DNA of 58,791 bases from Solirubrobacteraceae bacterium (GTDB taxonomy: Bacteria; Actinomycetota; Thermoleophilia; Solirubrobacterales; Solirubrobacteraceae), in contig JBDTYI010000049.1 in NCBI GenBank assembly GCA_040005775.1, positions 1 to 58,791 of the forward strand, written 5' to 3'. How positions within the stretch are numbered: position 1 is the stretch's first letter; each line of letters starts with the position of its first letter. Made by a program: the position numbers and the translations under genes. Below, piece by piece: positions 21,190 to 29,848 of the stretch. Under the pieces are notes generated by a model. That model was given only the letters and a program-made list of their open reading frames with translations, was not told where the DNA came from and did no database searches.

Positions 21190-21894
21190 TCAACGCTCTG
21201 GCGCCGCAGAGGCGCGCAGCCGCTCGACCTCGGCCTTGGACAGGCGGCGGTGGTGGCCGGGGGCGAGCTCGCCGAGGCGCAGCGGGCCGATCGCGATGCG
21301 CTGCAGCTCCTTGACGGGGAAGCCGACGGCCTCGCACATGCGTTTGACCTGGCGCTTGCGGCCCTCGTGGATGGTGAGCTCGAGGATGTGCGGGGTGACC
21401 ATGCGCACGCGCGCCGGGGCAGTGCGGCCGTCGTCGAGCACGACGCCCTCGCGCAGCTCGCGCAGGGCGCGCTCGCTCGGACGGCCCTCGACGCGGGCGC
21501 GGTAGACCTTGGGGACCTCGAAGCTCGGGTGGGTCAGGTGGTGCGCCAGGGCGCCGTCGTCGGTGAGCAGCATCAGGCCGGTGGTGTCCTGGTCCAGGCG
21601 CCCCACGGGGTACAGGCGGCGCTCGGACTTGACGAGGTCGATGACCGTGCGCCGGCCGTGGGTGTCCGCGGCGGTCGAGACGATGCCCGCGGGCTTGTGG
21701 ACGGCGTAGACCGCGTAGCTGCGGTGCGCGCGGATCATCTCGCCGTCGACGGAGATGATCTCGCTGCCGTCGACGTCGCGGGCGGGGTCGCGCACGACCT
21801 CGTCGCCGATCGTGACGCGGCCTTCGAAGATCAGCTCCTCGGAGGCGCGGCGCGAGGCGACGCCCGCGTGGGCGAGGTGCTTGGCGAGGCGCAT
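21190..21894 (-). CDS. rluB: Pseudouridine synthase, RsuA/RluB family (S4 domain plus catalytic domain)
   Basis: MRLAKHLAHAGVASRRASEELI (S4), VHKPAGIVST, and GRLDQDTTGLMLLTDDG (catalytic Asp). Confidence 0.85.
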   Translation of the reverse strand: MRLAKHLAHAGVASRRASEELIFEGRVTIGDEVVRDPARDVDGSEIISVDGEMIRAHRSYAVYAVHKPAGIVSTAADTHGRRTVIDLVKSERRLYPVGRLDQDTTGLMLLTDDGALAHHLTHPSFEVPKVYRARVEGRPSERALRELREGVVLDDGRTAPARVRMVTPHILELTIHEGRKRQVKRMCEAVGFPVKELQRIAIGPLRLGELAPGHHRRLSKAEVERLRASAAPER

Positions 21895-21920
21895 CAGACG
21901 GTCGACGGTACCGTGATGGC

Positions 21921-22907
21921 GTGGATCTCGACCTGTTGCAGCGCACGCTCGACGATGCCGGTGAACCGGGCTTCCGCGCCAAGCAGGTGTGGGAGTGGAC
22001 GGCGCGCGGCGTGTCGGGCTACGACGAGATGACCAACCTGCCCGCGGCCCTGCGCGAGCGGCTGACCGCCGACGTGCCGTTCTCCTCGCTCACCCTGGCC
22101 GATGAGGCGCACTCCTCCGACGGCACGGTCAAGGCGCTTTTCCACACCCACGATGGGCGCCCGATCGAGGCGGTGCTGATGCGCTACCGCGACGAGCGCC
22201 GCTCGCTGTGCCTGTCGTCGCAGTCGGGGTGCCCCCTGACGTGCACGTTCTGCGCGACGGGCGCGATGAAGTTCGGCCGCAACCTGACCGCCGGCGAGAT
22301 CCTCGACCAGGCGCTGCACTTCCGGCGGATGGAAGCGGTCGACCACGCCGTGTTCATGGGCATGGGCGAGCCGATGATGAACCTGCCCAGCGTGCTGGCC
22401 GCGTGCGAGAAGCTCCCCGACGTCGGCATCACGAGCCGGCGCACGGCGATCTCCACCGTCGGCTGGATCCCGGGCATCGATGCCCTCGCCGAGCAGCCGC
22501 GGCCGATCCGCCTGGCCCTCTCGCTGCACGCGGCCGACGAGACGCTGCGCTCGGAGATCATGCCCGTCAACGACCGCTACCCGCTGGCCGACGTGCTCGC
22601 GGCGTGCCGGCGCTTCTACGAGGCCAAGCGGCGGATGGTGTTCGTCGAGTACGTGATGCTCAAGGGCGTCAACGACCGCTACGAGCAGGCGGTCGCGCTC
22701 GCCCAGGTGCTCGACCCGAAGATGTTCAAGGTCAACCTGATCCCCTACAACCCGACCGGGATGTACGACGGGTCCGGCCGCGACGCGATCGCCGCGTTCA
22801 AGGCCGCGCTGGAGGAGCACGGCATCGGCGCGACCATCCGCCTCACCCGCGGACGCGACATCGATGCCGCCTGCGGCCAGCTCGCCGCGTCGGCCGTCAG
22901 GGCATGA
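21921..22907 (+). CDS. rlmN: 23S rRNA/tRNA (adenine-C2)-methyltransferase, radical SAM
   Basis: The GTG start gives (M)DLDLLQRTLDDAGEPGFRAKQVWEW. The radical-SAM cluster motif is CLSSQSGCPLTCTFCATG, and the C-terminal Cys is in DIDAACGQL. It sits only 26 bp from the divergent rluB. Confidence 0.9.
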   Translation: MDLDLLQRTLDDAGEPGFRAKQVWEWTARGVSGYDEMTNLPAALRERLTADVPFSSLTLADEAHSSDGTVKALFHTHDGRPIEAVLMRYRDERRSLCLSSQSGCPLTCTFCATGAMKFGRNLTAGEILDQALHFRRMEAVDHAVFMGMGEPMMNLPSVLAACEKLPDVGITSRRTAISTVGWIPGIDALAEQPRPIRLALSLHAADETLRSEIMPVNDRYPLADVLAACRRFYEAKRRMVFVEYVMLKGVNDRYEQAVALAQVLDPKMFKVNLIPYNPTGMYDGSGRDAIAAFKAALEEHGIGATIRLTRGRDIDAACGQLAASAVRA

Positions 22908-23575
22908 GCCCGGAGCCGCTCCTGCTCCTGCACGCCGGCGGCATGGACAGCCGCATGTGGCAGCCGCTGGCCACGGAGCTGGGCGACGGCTACGACGTTC
23001 TTGCGCCGGACCTGGGTGCCGCGCCGGTCGACGAGGCGCTCGCCCTCCTCGATGCGCACGGCGTCGAGCGCGCGATCGTGGTGGGCGCCTCGGCCGGCGG
23101 CAACGGCGCCCTGGAGCTCATCACGCGGGCACCCGAGCGCGTCGCCGGGCTCGTGCTGTTCGCCGCCACGCTGTTCGACCACGACTTCTCACCGGAGATC
23201 AAGGAGTTCTGGGCCGCCGAGGAGGCGCTGGTCGCGGCCGGCGACATCGAGGGCGCCGCCGCGCTGAACGTCCGCGCCTGGGTCCGCGATCCCGCCGTCG
23301 CCGGCCTTGTCGAGGCCATGGTCCGTGACGACCTCTCCGGCGGGGACGCCGGAGAGATCCCCGAGCTGCCGATCGACCTCGCGGCCATCCGCGCGCCGAC
23401 GCTCGCGGTGAGCGGCGGCCTGGACTTCCCCGACTTCGCCGCCATGGCCGACCGCATCGCCGCGACCGTGCCCGGCGCCCGCCGCGCCGAGGTGCCCGAC
23501 GCCGGCCACCTGATCGCCCTGGAGCGCCCGCGGGCCGCCGCGGACCTCGTGCGCGGCGCGCTCACCACACGCTGA
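22904..23575 (+). CDS. Alpha/beta-fold hydrolase
   Basis: Track ORF 22208..23575 trimmed to ATG 22904, which overlaps the rlmN stop (ATGA). It reads MSPEPLLLLHAGGMDSRMWQPL..; the nucleophile elbow is VVGASAGG; the C-terminal DAGH is a His-loop-like element. Confidence 0.7.
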   Translation: MSPEPLLLLHAGGMDSRMWQPLATELGDGYDVLAPDLGAAPVDEALALLDAHGVERAIVVGASAGGNGALELITRAPERVAGLVLFAATLFDHDFSPEIKEFWAAEEALVAAGDIEGAAALNVRAWVRDPAVAGLVEAMVRDDLSGGDAGEIPELPIDLAAIRAPTLAVSGGLDFPDFAAMADRIAATVPGARRAEVPDAGHLIALERPRAAADLVRGALTTR

Positions 23576-23936
23576 GGGCGCGGCTGAGGCGCAGGATGTG
23601 GCCGTCCGGGTGGCGGACGTGGACCTCGCGGACGTGCCACAGCTCGTCGGCCGGGCCGTGGGTGACGTCGAGCCCCTCCCGCACGCACCGCTCGTGGGCA
23701 GCGTCGACGTCGTCGACCCAGATCGACATCCAGCTGCCGTGCTCGCCGCGCCCGCCCTGGTCGTCGAGGCACAGGAAGATCTCGCAGTCGTCGCACATGA
23801 CCGAGCCGAACACGGGCGCGGATCCGGGCTCCGAATCCCACGCGAACCCCCGGCGCCAGCCGAGCTTCGCGGACCACGCGAAGCTCTGCTCGATGTCGGA
23901 GACGTTCAGCACCGGAACGACCAGATCGGCCTTCAT
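23562..23936 (-). CDS. VOC (glyoxalase/bleomycin-resistance) family protein
   Basis: 124 aa: VPVLNVSDIEQSFAWSAKLGW..IFLCLD..SIWVDDVDAAHERC..REVHVRHPDGHILRL. It overlaps the convergent hydrolase gene by 14 nt. Confidence 0.7.
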   Translation of the reverse strand: MKADLVVPVLNVSDIEQSFAWSAKLGWRRGFAWDSEPGSAPVFGSVMCDDCEIFLCLDDQGGRGEHGSWMSIWVDDVDAAHERCVREGLDVTHGPADELWHVREVHVRHPDGHILRLSRALSVW

Positions 23937-23978
23937 CGCCGCAACGTAGAGATCCGCCGGAAACCCGCTGGACGGGTG

Positions 23979-24557
23979 TCAGGCGACCGGCGCCGCGCGA
24001 GCCTCGCCGGCGCGCAGGAGGCGGTCGCGCAGCTCGCCCTCCTCCTCCGGCGTCGGATCCCACTGCGACGGGTCGGGCAGGCCGTCGAGCGACTCGAGCC
24101 CGAACAGCTTCAGGAACAGTGGGGTGGTGCGGTAGAGCACCGCGCCGAAGGGCGAGCGGCCGCCCTCCTCGATCAGGCCGCGCTCGAGCAGCGTGCCGGA
24201 CGCCGAGTCGGCGCTGACGCCGCGGATCCGCGTGATCTCCGGCCGCGAGACGGGCTCCAGGTAGGCGACGATCGCCAGCGTCTCGGCCTGCGCGGGGGTC
24301 AGCGGCGGGGTGCGCGGCTTGGCCAGCAGGCGACGGGCCGCGGCCTCGGTCTCCGGCGCACTGGCGAGCGTGAACCCGCCCGCCAGCTCGCGCAGCACGA
24401 CGCCGCGCTCGCCCGGCGCGCACGCCTCGCGCAGCTCTGCGAGCGCCGCGTCGAGCTCCGCGGCCGAGCACTCGGCCGCCTCGATCAGCGCGTCGGCGCT
24501 CACCGGGTCGCTGGAGAGGAACAGCAGCGCCTCGACGGTGCGGGCGAGCGGGGTCAC
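23979..24557 (-). CDS. scpB: Segregation and condensation protein B
   Basis: Trimmed to GTG 24557, which overlaps the scpA stop (GTGA). It reads [68 protein letters not shown]. Confidence 0.85.
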   Translation of the reverse strand: MTPLARTVEALLFLSSDPVSADALIEAAECSAAELDAALAELREACAPGERGVVLRELAGGFTLASAPETEAAARRLLAKPRTPPLTPAQAETLAIVAYLEPVSRPEITRIRGVSADSASGTLLERGLIEEGGRSPFGAVLYRTTPLFLKLFGLESLDGLPDPSQWDPTPEEEGELRDRLLRAGEARAAPVA

Positions 24558-25318
24558 GACGCGAGCACCTCCGCGAGGCGGTCCGACAGGACCAGCGGCG
24601 CGATCGCGATGTCGCCGAAGGGCTCCGCCTGCTCCCACGTCGCCTCGCCCTGCTTGTAGAGCTCCAGCAGCGCGAACAGCGTCACCGCGACGGTGACGCG
24701 GTCGGCCCCGCGCACGGCCTCGTCGAACGACGTCGCACCGCGGCGCAGCAGCGTGCGCAGGTGCGACAGGCGCTCGCCGACACTCACGCGCGGGATGGTC
24801 AGATGGCCGAGCTCCAGCGGCAGGGGGATGCGCAGCAGCCCGCCGACGGCCCCGCCCAGGCGGGCCGGGTCGTACACGGCGCGGGTCAGGTCGGGGGCGA
24901 CGAGGCCGACGCGGCGCAGGCTGGGCGGCAGCGGCGCCGCGCGGAAGCGGTGCCCCTCCTCCCCGGCCAGGCGCGCGGCCAGGTGTGCGGCAGCGCGGCG
25001 GTAGCGCTGGGCCTCCAGCAGGCGCGCGAGCAGCTCCTCGGCCGCCTCGCCAGGCTCGAGGTCGAGCAGCTCCTCGTCCTCGCGGGGCAGCATGAGGCGC
25101 GACTTCAGCTCCAGCAGCGCCGCGATGAGCACGAGGAACTCAGTGGCCACCTCGAGGTCGAGCTCGCCGCGCGCCTCCAGGAAGTCCAGGTAGGCGATGA
25201 CGACATCGGCGAGCTCGACCTCGAGCAGGTCGACCTCCTCGCGCAGGACGAGCGTCAGCAGGAGATCGAACGGTCCGGAGAACACCTCCAGGTCCAGCTC
25301 GAGCGAAGCCACGGTCAC
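24554..25318 (-). CDS. scpA: Segregation and condensation protein A (kleisin)
   Basis: Track ORF 24554..26470 trimmed to GTG 25318, which overlaps the MFS stop (GTGA). It reads [52 protein letters not shown]. Confidence 0.85.
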   Translation of the reverse strand: MTVASLELDLEVFSGPFDLLLTLVLREEVDLLEVELADVVIAYLDFLEARGELDLEVATEFLVLIAALLELKSRLMLPREDEELLDLEPGEAAEELLARLLEAQRYRRAAAHLAARLAGEEGHRFRAAPLPPSLRRVGLVAPDLTRAVYDPARLGGAVGGLLRIPLPLELGHLTIPRVSVGERLSHLRTLLRRGATSFDEAVRGADRVTVAVTLFALLELYKQGEATWEQAEPFGDIAIAPLVLSDRLAEVLAS

Positions 25319-26460
25319 GTCGCGAACGGTAGCGGCCGGACCCGACGCCACCGGACCGCGGCGACCGCGGTGACGGCGTAGGCAGAGGCCACCACCAGGT
25401 AGGGCAGCGTGTCGCCGGAAGCCTGGGCGAGCGCACCGCCACCCGCGGCGCCGACGGCGAATCCCGCCGACCACCCGAGGTTGAAGAACGCGAACGCATA
25501 GCCGTGGTCCAGGCCGATGCGGTCCGCGCCTTCCGTGAGCAGCGCCATGGCCGGCAGCCAAGCCAGGCCGAGCAGCCCCGAGACCCCGACGACGACCACG
25601 GCCAGTCCCAACAGCGAGCCGGGCAGATCGACGAGGGCCAGGCCGACGGCGCCCGTCACGAGCGCGACACGGGCGACGACGGCCGGCCCGCGGCGGTCGG
25701 TGACGCGCCCGGCGAACGGCGAGATGATCGCCTCGAGCCCCGCGGCGAGGAAGAACGTGACCGCCAGCGCGACCCCGCCGGCCCCCAACTCGGCCAGGCG
25801 CAGGGGCGCGAGCACGTCGAGCACGCCGAAGGCCAGCGCCGGCAGCAGCGTCAGCCACACGCCGGCCAGCATCCGCCGCTCGCGCAGCGCGGCCGCGGGC
25901 GTCGCGGGCGCGCGGCCGGCCGCCGGCGCGGGCGTCCGCCACGCCCACACCGCCAGCGCGGCGGCGAAGACCACCGTGGTCGAGAACGCCGGACCGCGGC
26001 CCACGCCGTTCGCCAGCGCCCCGATCGCCGGGCCCAGCTGCACCCCGAACACCGCGGCCCCGAACGCCGCGCCCAGCACCTCCCCGCGGCGCCCGGGCTC
26101 GACGCTGCCCGCGAGCCAGGCGAAGGCGGCGGCCCACGAGAACGAGCTGCCCAGGCCCTGCGCGAAGCGCGCGGCGTCGAGTACCTCGACCGAGCGTCCG
26201 AAGGCGAACACGAGCCCCGACACCGCCATCAGCGCCAGGCCGAAGAGCACCACGGGCTTCACTCCCAGCCGGCTCACGAGCCAGCCGCCGGGCAGCGAGC
26301 CGACGAGCGCGCCCGCGGCGTAGGCGCCGGCCAGGATCCCGGCGGCGTCCTTGGCCAGGGAGAACTCGTCGCTCAGGCGGGGCAGCAGCGGCGTGATCGC
26401 CGCGTAGAACATCGTGTCGACGAGGACGATCGCGCTGACGAGCAGGGTCAGGCGTCGCAC
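25315..26460 (-). CDS. MFS transporter (12-TM type, substrate unknown)
   Basis: 381 aa, about 12 hydrophobic helices, and an MFS-like loop motif [11 protein letters not shown]. Confidence 0.8.
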   Translation of the reverse strand: MRRLTLLVSAIVLVDTMFYAAITPLLPRLSDEFSLAKDAAGILAGAYAAGALVGSLPGGWLVSRLGVKPVVLFGLALMAVSGLVFAFGRSVEVLDAARFAQGLGSSFSWAAAFAWLAGSVEPGRRGEVLGAAFGAAVFGVQLGPAIGALANGVGRGPAFSTTVVFAAALAVWAWRTPAPAAGRAPATPAAALRERRMLAGVWLTLLPALAFGVLDVLAPLRLAELGAGGVALAVTFFLAAGLEAIISPFAGRVTDRRGPAVVARVALVTGAVGLALVDLPGSLLGLAVVVVGVSGLLGLAWLPAMALLTEGADRIGLDHGYAFAFFNLGWSAGFAVGAAGGGALAQASGDTLPYLVVASAYAVTAVAAVRWRRVRPLPFAT

Positions 26461-26466
26461 CGGGGC

Positions 26467-27459
26467 TCACCGCGGCCCGAAGCCCATCGCCACGCGCACG
26501 TCGGAGAGCGTCTCGCGCGCCATCGCCTGGGCCTGGTCCGCCCCGGCCGCGAGCACGGTCTCCAGCCGCGCCTCGTCGGCGCGCAGCTCCGGGTAGCGCT
26601 CGCGCACCGGCGCGAGCATCTCGACCACGGCCTCCGCCGTGGCCGCCTTGAGGTCGCCGTAGCCGCGCGCCGAGCGCATGTCCTCCACGACCTCCTCGGG
26701 GCTGACGCCGCGCGCGATCGCCTGGATGTCGATGAGGTTCGTCACGCCCGGCTTGTCGGCCGCGCGGACGATCTCGGTGCCCGAGTCGGTCACCGCGCGC
26801 TTGAACTTCTTCGTGACCGCCGCCGGCTCGTCGAGCACGTAGACCGTGCCCTCCACCGACGTGCCGGTCGTCGACATCTTCCGCGTCGGGTCCTGGAGGT
26901 CCATGATCCGGGCGCCGACCGTCGGGATGCGGGCCTCGGGAACGACGAGGAGGCCTTCGCCGAAGCGCGCGTTGACGCGGCGCGCCGCGTCGCGCATCAG
27001 CTCCAGGTGCTCGCGCTGGTCCTCGCCGATGGGCACCTCGTGCGCACGGTAGGCGAGCACGTCGGCGGCCATGAGCACCGGGTAGAAGAGCAGGCCGGAC
27101 GAGACGAGCTCGCGCTGGGCGGCGGACTTCTCGCGGAACTGGTGCATGCGGTTCAGGGGGCCGAGCGGCACGACGCCCGACAGCAGCCAGCTCAGCTCGG
27201 TGTGCGCCGGCACGTCGCTCTGGCGGAAGAGCACGCAGCGCTCGGGATCGAGCCCCGCGGCCAGCAGCAGCGCCGTCAGGTCGTAGAGCGAGCGGCGCAG
27301 CTCGGCCGGCTCGTAGGCGACCGTGATCGCGTGGAGGTCGACGAGGCAGAAGATCGCGGGGTCGCCGACGTCCTGGCCGGCCACGTACTGGCGGATGGCG
27401 CCGATGTAGTTGCCGAGGTGCTTGTCGCCGGTCGGCTGGATGCCCGAGAAGATCCGCAC
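26467..27459 (-). CDS. trpS: Tryptophanyl-tRNA synthetase
   Basis: Track ORF 26467..27786 trimmed to GTG 27459 (alternative TTG 27465). It reads VRIFSGIQPTGDKHLGNYIGA (HIGH-type motif) and has KMSTT (KMSKS-type). The upstream part of the track ORF is Arg-rich shadow sequence across a structured leader. Confidence 0.9.
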   Translation of the reverse strand: MRIFSGIQPTGDKHLGNYIGAIRQYVAGQDVGDPAIFCLVDLHAITVAYEPAELRRSLYDLTALLLAAGLDPERCVLFRQSDVPAHTELSWLLSGVVPLGPLNRMHQFREKSAAQRELVSSGLLFYPVLMAADVLAYRAHEVPIGEDQREHLELMRDAARRVNARFGEGLLVVPEARIPTVGARIMDLQDPTRKMSTTGTSVEGTVYVLDEPAAVTKKFKRAVTDSGTEIVRAADKPGVTNLIDIQAIARGVSPEEVVEDMRSARGYGDLKAATAEAVVEMLAPVRERYPELRADEARLETVLAAGADQAQAMARETLSDVRVAMGFGPR

Positions 27460-27471
27460 CGGCAAGAAAGT

Positions 27472-27550
27472 AGCGGGAGCGCCGCTCCGGCGACCTCGAG
27501 CGTCTGGGGGGCGATGACGGTTCGAGGTCGCCGGAGCGACGGCTCCCGCT
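27472..27550 (-). promoter_or_regulatory. 79-nt extended hairpin in the trpS 5' leader (possible attenuator or translational control element)
   Basis: Outer 9-bp helix AGCGGGAGC/GCTCCCGCT (27472-80 / 27542-50). Inner 16-bp perfect helix GCTCCGGCGACCTCGA/TCGAGGTCGCCGGAGC (27484-99 / 27522-37). The loop is 22 nt. On the mRNA strand the hairpin is followed by ACUUUCUUGCC and then the GTG start, which is 12 nt from the helix base. Confidence 0.4.
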
Positions 27551-27598
27551 TGAGCCGACCTAGGGGGGCGATGGCCGGGCCGCAAAAACGCGGCCCCT

Positions 27599-27627
27599 AG
27601 TCTATGCCCCGCTCGGCGGCGTTCCAA
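27599..27627 (-). promoter_or_regulatory. Candidate sigma-A type promoter for trpS
   Basis: The minus strand reads TTGGAA (27627..27622), a 17-nt spacer, then TAGACT (27604..27599). The -10 fits the actinobacterial TAnnnT pattern. The predicted leader is about 130 nt. Confidence 0.35.
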
Positions 27628-27710
27628 TTCGCTTTTCGGCGGACGGTCGGATCCCGGCGCCGAACGGCGAGCCCGGAATCCCACGCGAGGGACGCGGGTA
27701 CGGTCGCGGG

Positions 27711-28238
27711 ATGGCCGACACGCGTCCCACGAGCCCCGTCGACTACGCCGCGCTGAGCGCCGGGTGGGGCGCGCTGATGGGCGCACTGCTCATCGCCACC
27801 CGCGACAAGGGCGACGAGCCGCTGAAGGCCGCCGAGGTGCTCCCGATCGGCCTCGCCACGTTCGCCATCGCCAAGCTCGTCGCCAAGGAGAAGGTCGACG
27901 CATGGGTGCGCGAGCCGTTCGTGGAGGAGCACGAGGACGGCGGCGCCACGCCGAAGGGCACCGGCATGCGCTACGCCGTCGGCGAGCTGCTGACGTGCAC
28001 GCGCTGCGTCGGGGTGTGGAGTGCGATGGGCCTGGTGGCCCTGCGCGTCACGCGCCCCCGCGAGGCCCGCGTCGTCAACGCCGTCTTCGGAGCCAGCGCG
28101 GTCAACGACTCGGCGCAGGCCGCCTTCAGCTGGCTCGCCGCGCGCTCCAACGCCGCCCAGTCCGACGCGGACGCCGCCGCCGGCCACGGCGCGAGCAACG
28201 GCGGCGCCCGCGCGGCCCCGTTCGCGCGCCGGCGGTAG
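27711..28238 (+). CDS. DUF1360-like small membrane protein
   Basis: 175 aa with hydrophobic helices and the motif VGELLTCTRCVGVWSAMGL, which I recognise as DUF1360-type (C-x2-C-x2-W). The C-terminal tail is Ala-rich. Confidence 0.55.
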   Translation: MADTRPTSPVDYAALSAGWGALMGALLIATRDKGDEPLKAAEVLPIGLATFAIAKLVAKEKVDAWVREPFVEEHEDGGATPKGTGMRYAVGELLTCTRCVGVWSAMGLVALRVTRPREARVVNAVFGASAVNDSAQAAFSWLAARSNAAQSDADAAAGHGASNGGARAAPFARRR

Positions 28239-28276
28239 GGCGGAGTGGCGCCGGCTCGAACGTCCGTTTGACCCGC

Positions 28277-29848
28277 CTACAGCGGCTGGCGGATGACCGG
28301 GCGCTTCGCGGCGCCCGCCTCGTCGAGGCGGCGCACCGGCGTCGTGTAGGGCGCGTTGCGCGCCAGCTCGGGGTCGTCCTCGGCCTCGCGCAGCACCGCG
28401 GCGACCGCGACGGCGAAGGCGTCGAGCGTCTCCCGGGTCTCGGTCTCGGTCGGCTCGATCAGCAGCGCCTCGTCGACCAGCAGCGGGAAGTACACCGTCG
28501 GAGGGTGGTAGCCGTGGTCGAGCAGGCGCTTGGCGAGGTCGAGCGTCTTGATCCCCAGGTCGCGCTTCATCGGCGCGCCGGAGAGGACGAACTCGTGCAT
28601 GCACAGCTCCCCGAAGGCGAGCGGCAGGCGGTCGGCGACGTCGAGGTTGCGCAGGCGGGCGAGCAGGTAGTTGGCGTTGAGCACCGCAGTCTCCGAGGCA
28701 TCCTTGAGCCCCTCCGCGCCGAGCGAGCAGATGTAGGCGTAGGAGCGCACGAAGCACCCGTAGTTGCCCTGGAAGCCGCGCAGCTTGCCGATCGACTTCG
28801 GCCGGTCCTCATCGAGGCGGAAGGCGTCGCCCTCCCTGACGATCACGGGACGCGGCAGGTAGGGCTCGATGCGGTCGCTCACCGCGATCGGACCCGCGCC
28901 CGGGCCGCCGCCGCCGTGGGGCTGGGTGAAGGACTTGTGCAGGTTGAAGTGCACGATGTCAAAGCCCATGTCGCCCGGGCGCGAGAGGCCCATGACCGCG
29001 TTGAGGTTCGCGCCGTCGTAGTAGAGCGTCGCCCCCACCGCGTGCACGATCTCGGCGATCTCCTCGATGTTCGCGTCGAAGATCCCCAGCGTGTTGGGGT
29101 TGGTGAGCATCAGGCACGCGACATCGGTGTCGGCCTTGGCGCGGAGGTCGTCGACGTCGACGCCCCCGTCGGGGTTGGTGCCGACCTTGACGACCTCATA
29201 GCCAGCCATCGTCACGGTCGCCGGGTTCGTGCCGTGCGCCGTGTCGGGCGTGAGCACCTTGGTCCGGGTCTCGCCGCGGTCCTCGTGGTAGGCCTTCGTG
29301 AGCAGGACGCCCGCGAGCTCGCCGTGCGATCCGGCGCTCGGCTGCAGCGATACGTGCGGCAGGCCGGCGACCTCCCCGAGCGCATGCTCGAGGTTGTGCA
29401 TCAGCGCCAGCGCACCCTGACTGTGCTCGGCGCTCTGCAGCGGGTGCAGGCGGGCGTGGCCCGGCAGCGCCGCGACGCGCTCGTGCAGGCGCGGGTTGTG
29501 CTTCATCGTGCACGAGCCGAGCGGGTAGAAGCCCGAGTCGAGGTCGAAGTTGCGCTTCGACAGGTTCACGTAGTGGCGGACCAGCTCGGGCTCGGAGATC
29601 TCCGGGAGCCGCGGTGGTTCCCTCCGCCGCAGCGCCGTGGGGAGCAGCTGCTCGCCGTCGGCCTCGGGCACGTCGAGCCGCGGTGCCGTGAACGCCCGGC
29701 GGCCCTTGGCGCCCTTCTCGAAGATCGTGACGGCCGCCTCGCGCTGCAGCGGGCTGGCCACCTCCCCGCCCACGGGAACCCTATGGCTGGGCTCATGGGC
29801 CTCGACGCCGGGATCGCCGTGCAGGACGTTGTCGTTGATCGTGCTCAC
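28277..29848 (-). CDS. gcvPB: Glycine dehydrogenase (decarboxylating) subunit 2
   Basis: Track ORF 28277..30634 trimmed to GTG 29848, which overlaps the gcvPA stop (GTGA). It contains ..TIFEKGAKGRRAF..LPEISEPELVRHYVNLSKRNFDLDSGFYPLGSCTMKHNP.. and the PLP-lysine region HFNLHKSFTQPHGGGGPG. A later start cannot be excluded. Confidence 0.9.
   Translation of the reverse strand: MSTINDNVLHGDPGVEAHEPSHRVPVGGEVASPLQREAAVTIFEKGAKGRRAFTAPRLDVPEADGEQLLPTALRRREPPRLPEISEPELVRHYVNLSKRNFDLDSGFYPLGSCTMKHNPRLHERVAALPGHARLHPLQSAEHSQGALALMHNLEHALGEVAGLPHVSLQPSAGSHGELAGVLLTKAYHEDRGETRTKVLTPDTAHGTNPATVTMAGYEVVKVGTNPDGGVDVDDLRAKADTDVACLMLTNPNTLGIFDANIEEIAEIVHAVGATLYYDGANLNAVMGLSRPGDMGFDIVHFNLHKSFTQPHGGGGPGAGPIAVSDRIEPYLPRPVIVREGDAFRLDEDRPKSIGKLRGFQGNYGCFVRSYAYICSLGAEGLKDASETAVLNANYLLARLRNLDVADRLPLAFGELCMHEFVLSGAPMKRDLGIKTLDLAKRLLDHGYHPPTVYFPLLVDEALLIEPTETETRETLDAFAVAVAAVLREAEDDPELARNAPYTTPVRRLDEAGAAKRPVIRQPL

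Noticed and set aside
27506-27572. Two C6 tracts (AUCGCCCCCC) reminiscent of the C-rich loops of the actinobacterial 6C sRNA.
   Set aside because: Only one tract is in a hairpin loop. The element is a 5' leader directly abutting trpS rather than a stand-alone sRNA of about 60-90 nt with two short C-loop hairpins.
27460-27710. A T-box riboswitch or Trp-codon leader peptide upstream of trpS. A UGG followed by A occurs in AAUUGGAAC.
   Set aside because: There is no T-box 14-mer, AG bulge or distal-loop motif visible, and no ORF with tandem Trp codons. The UUGGAA is better explained as the -35 hexamer of the promoter. The region is kept as an unexplained structured leader in the findings.
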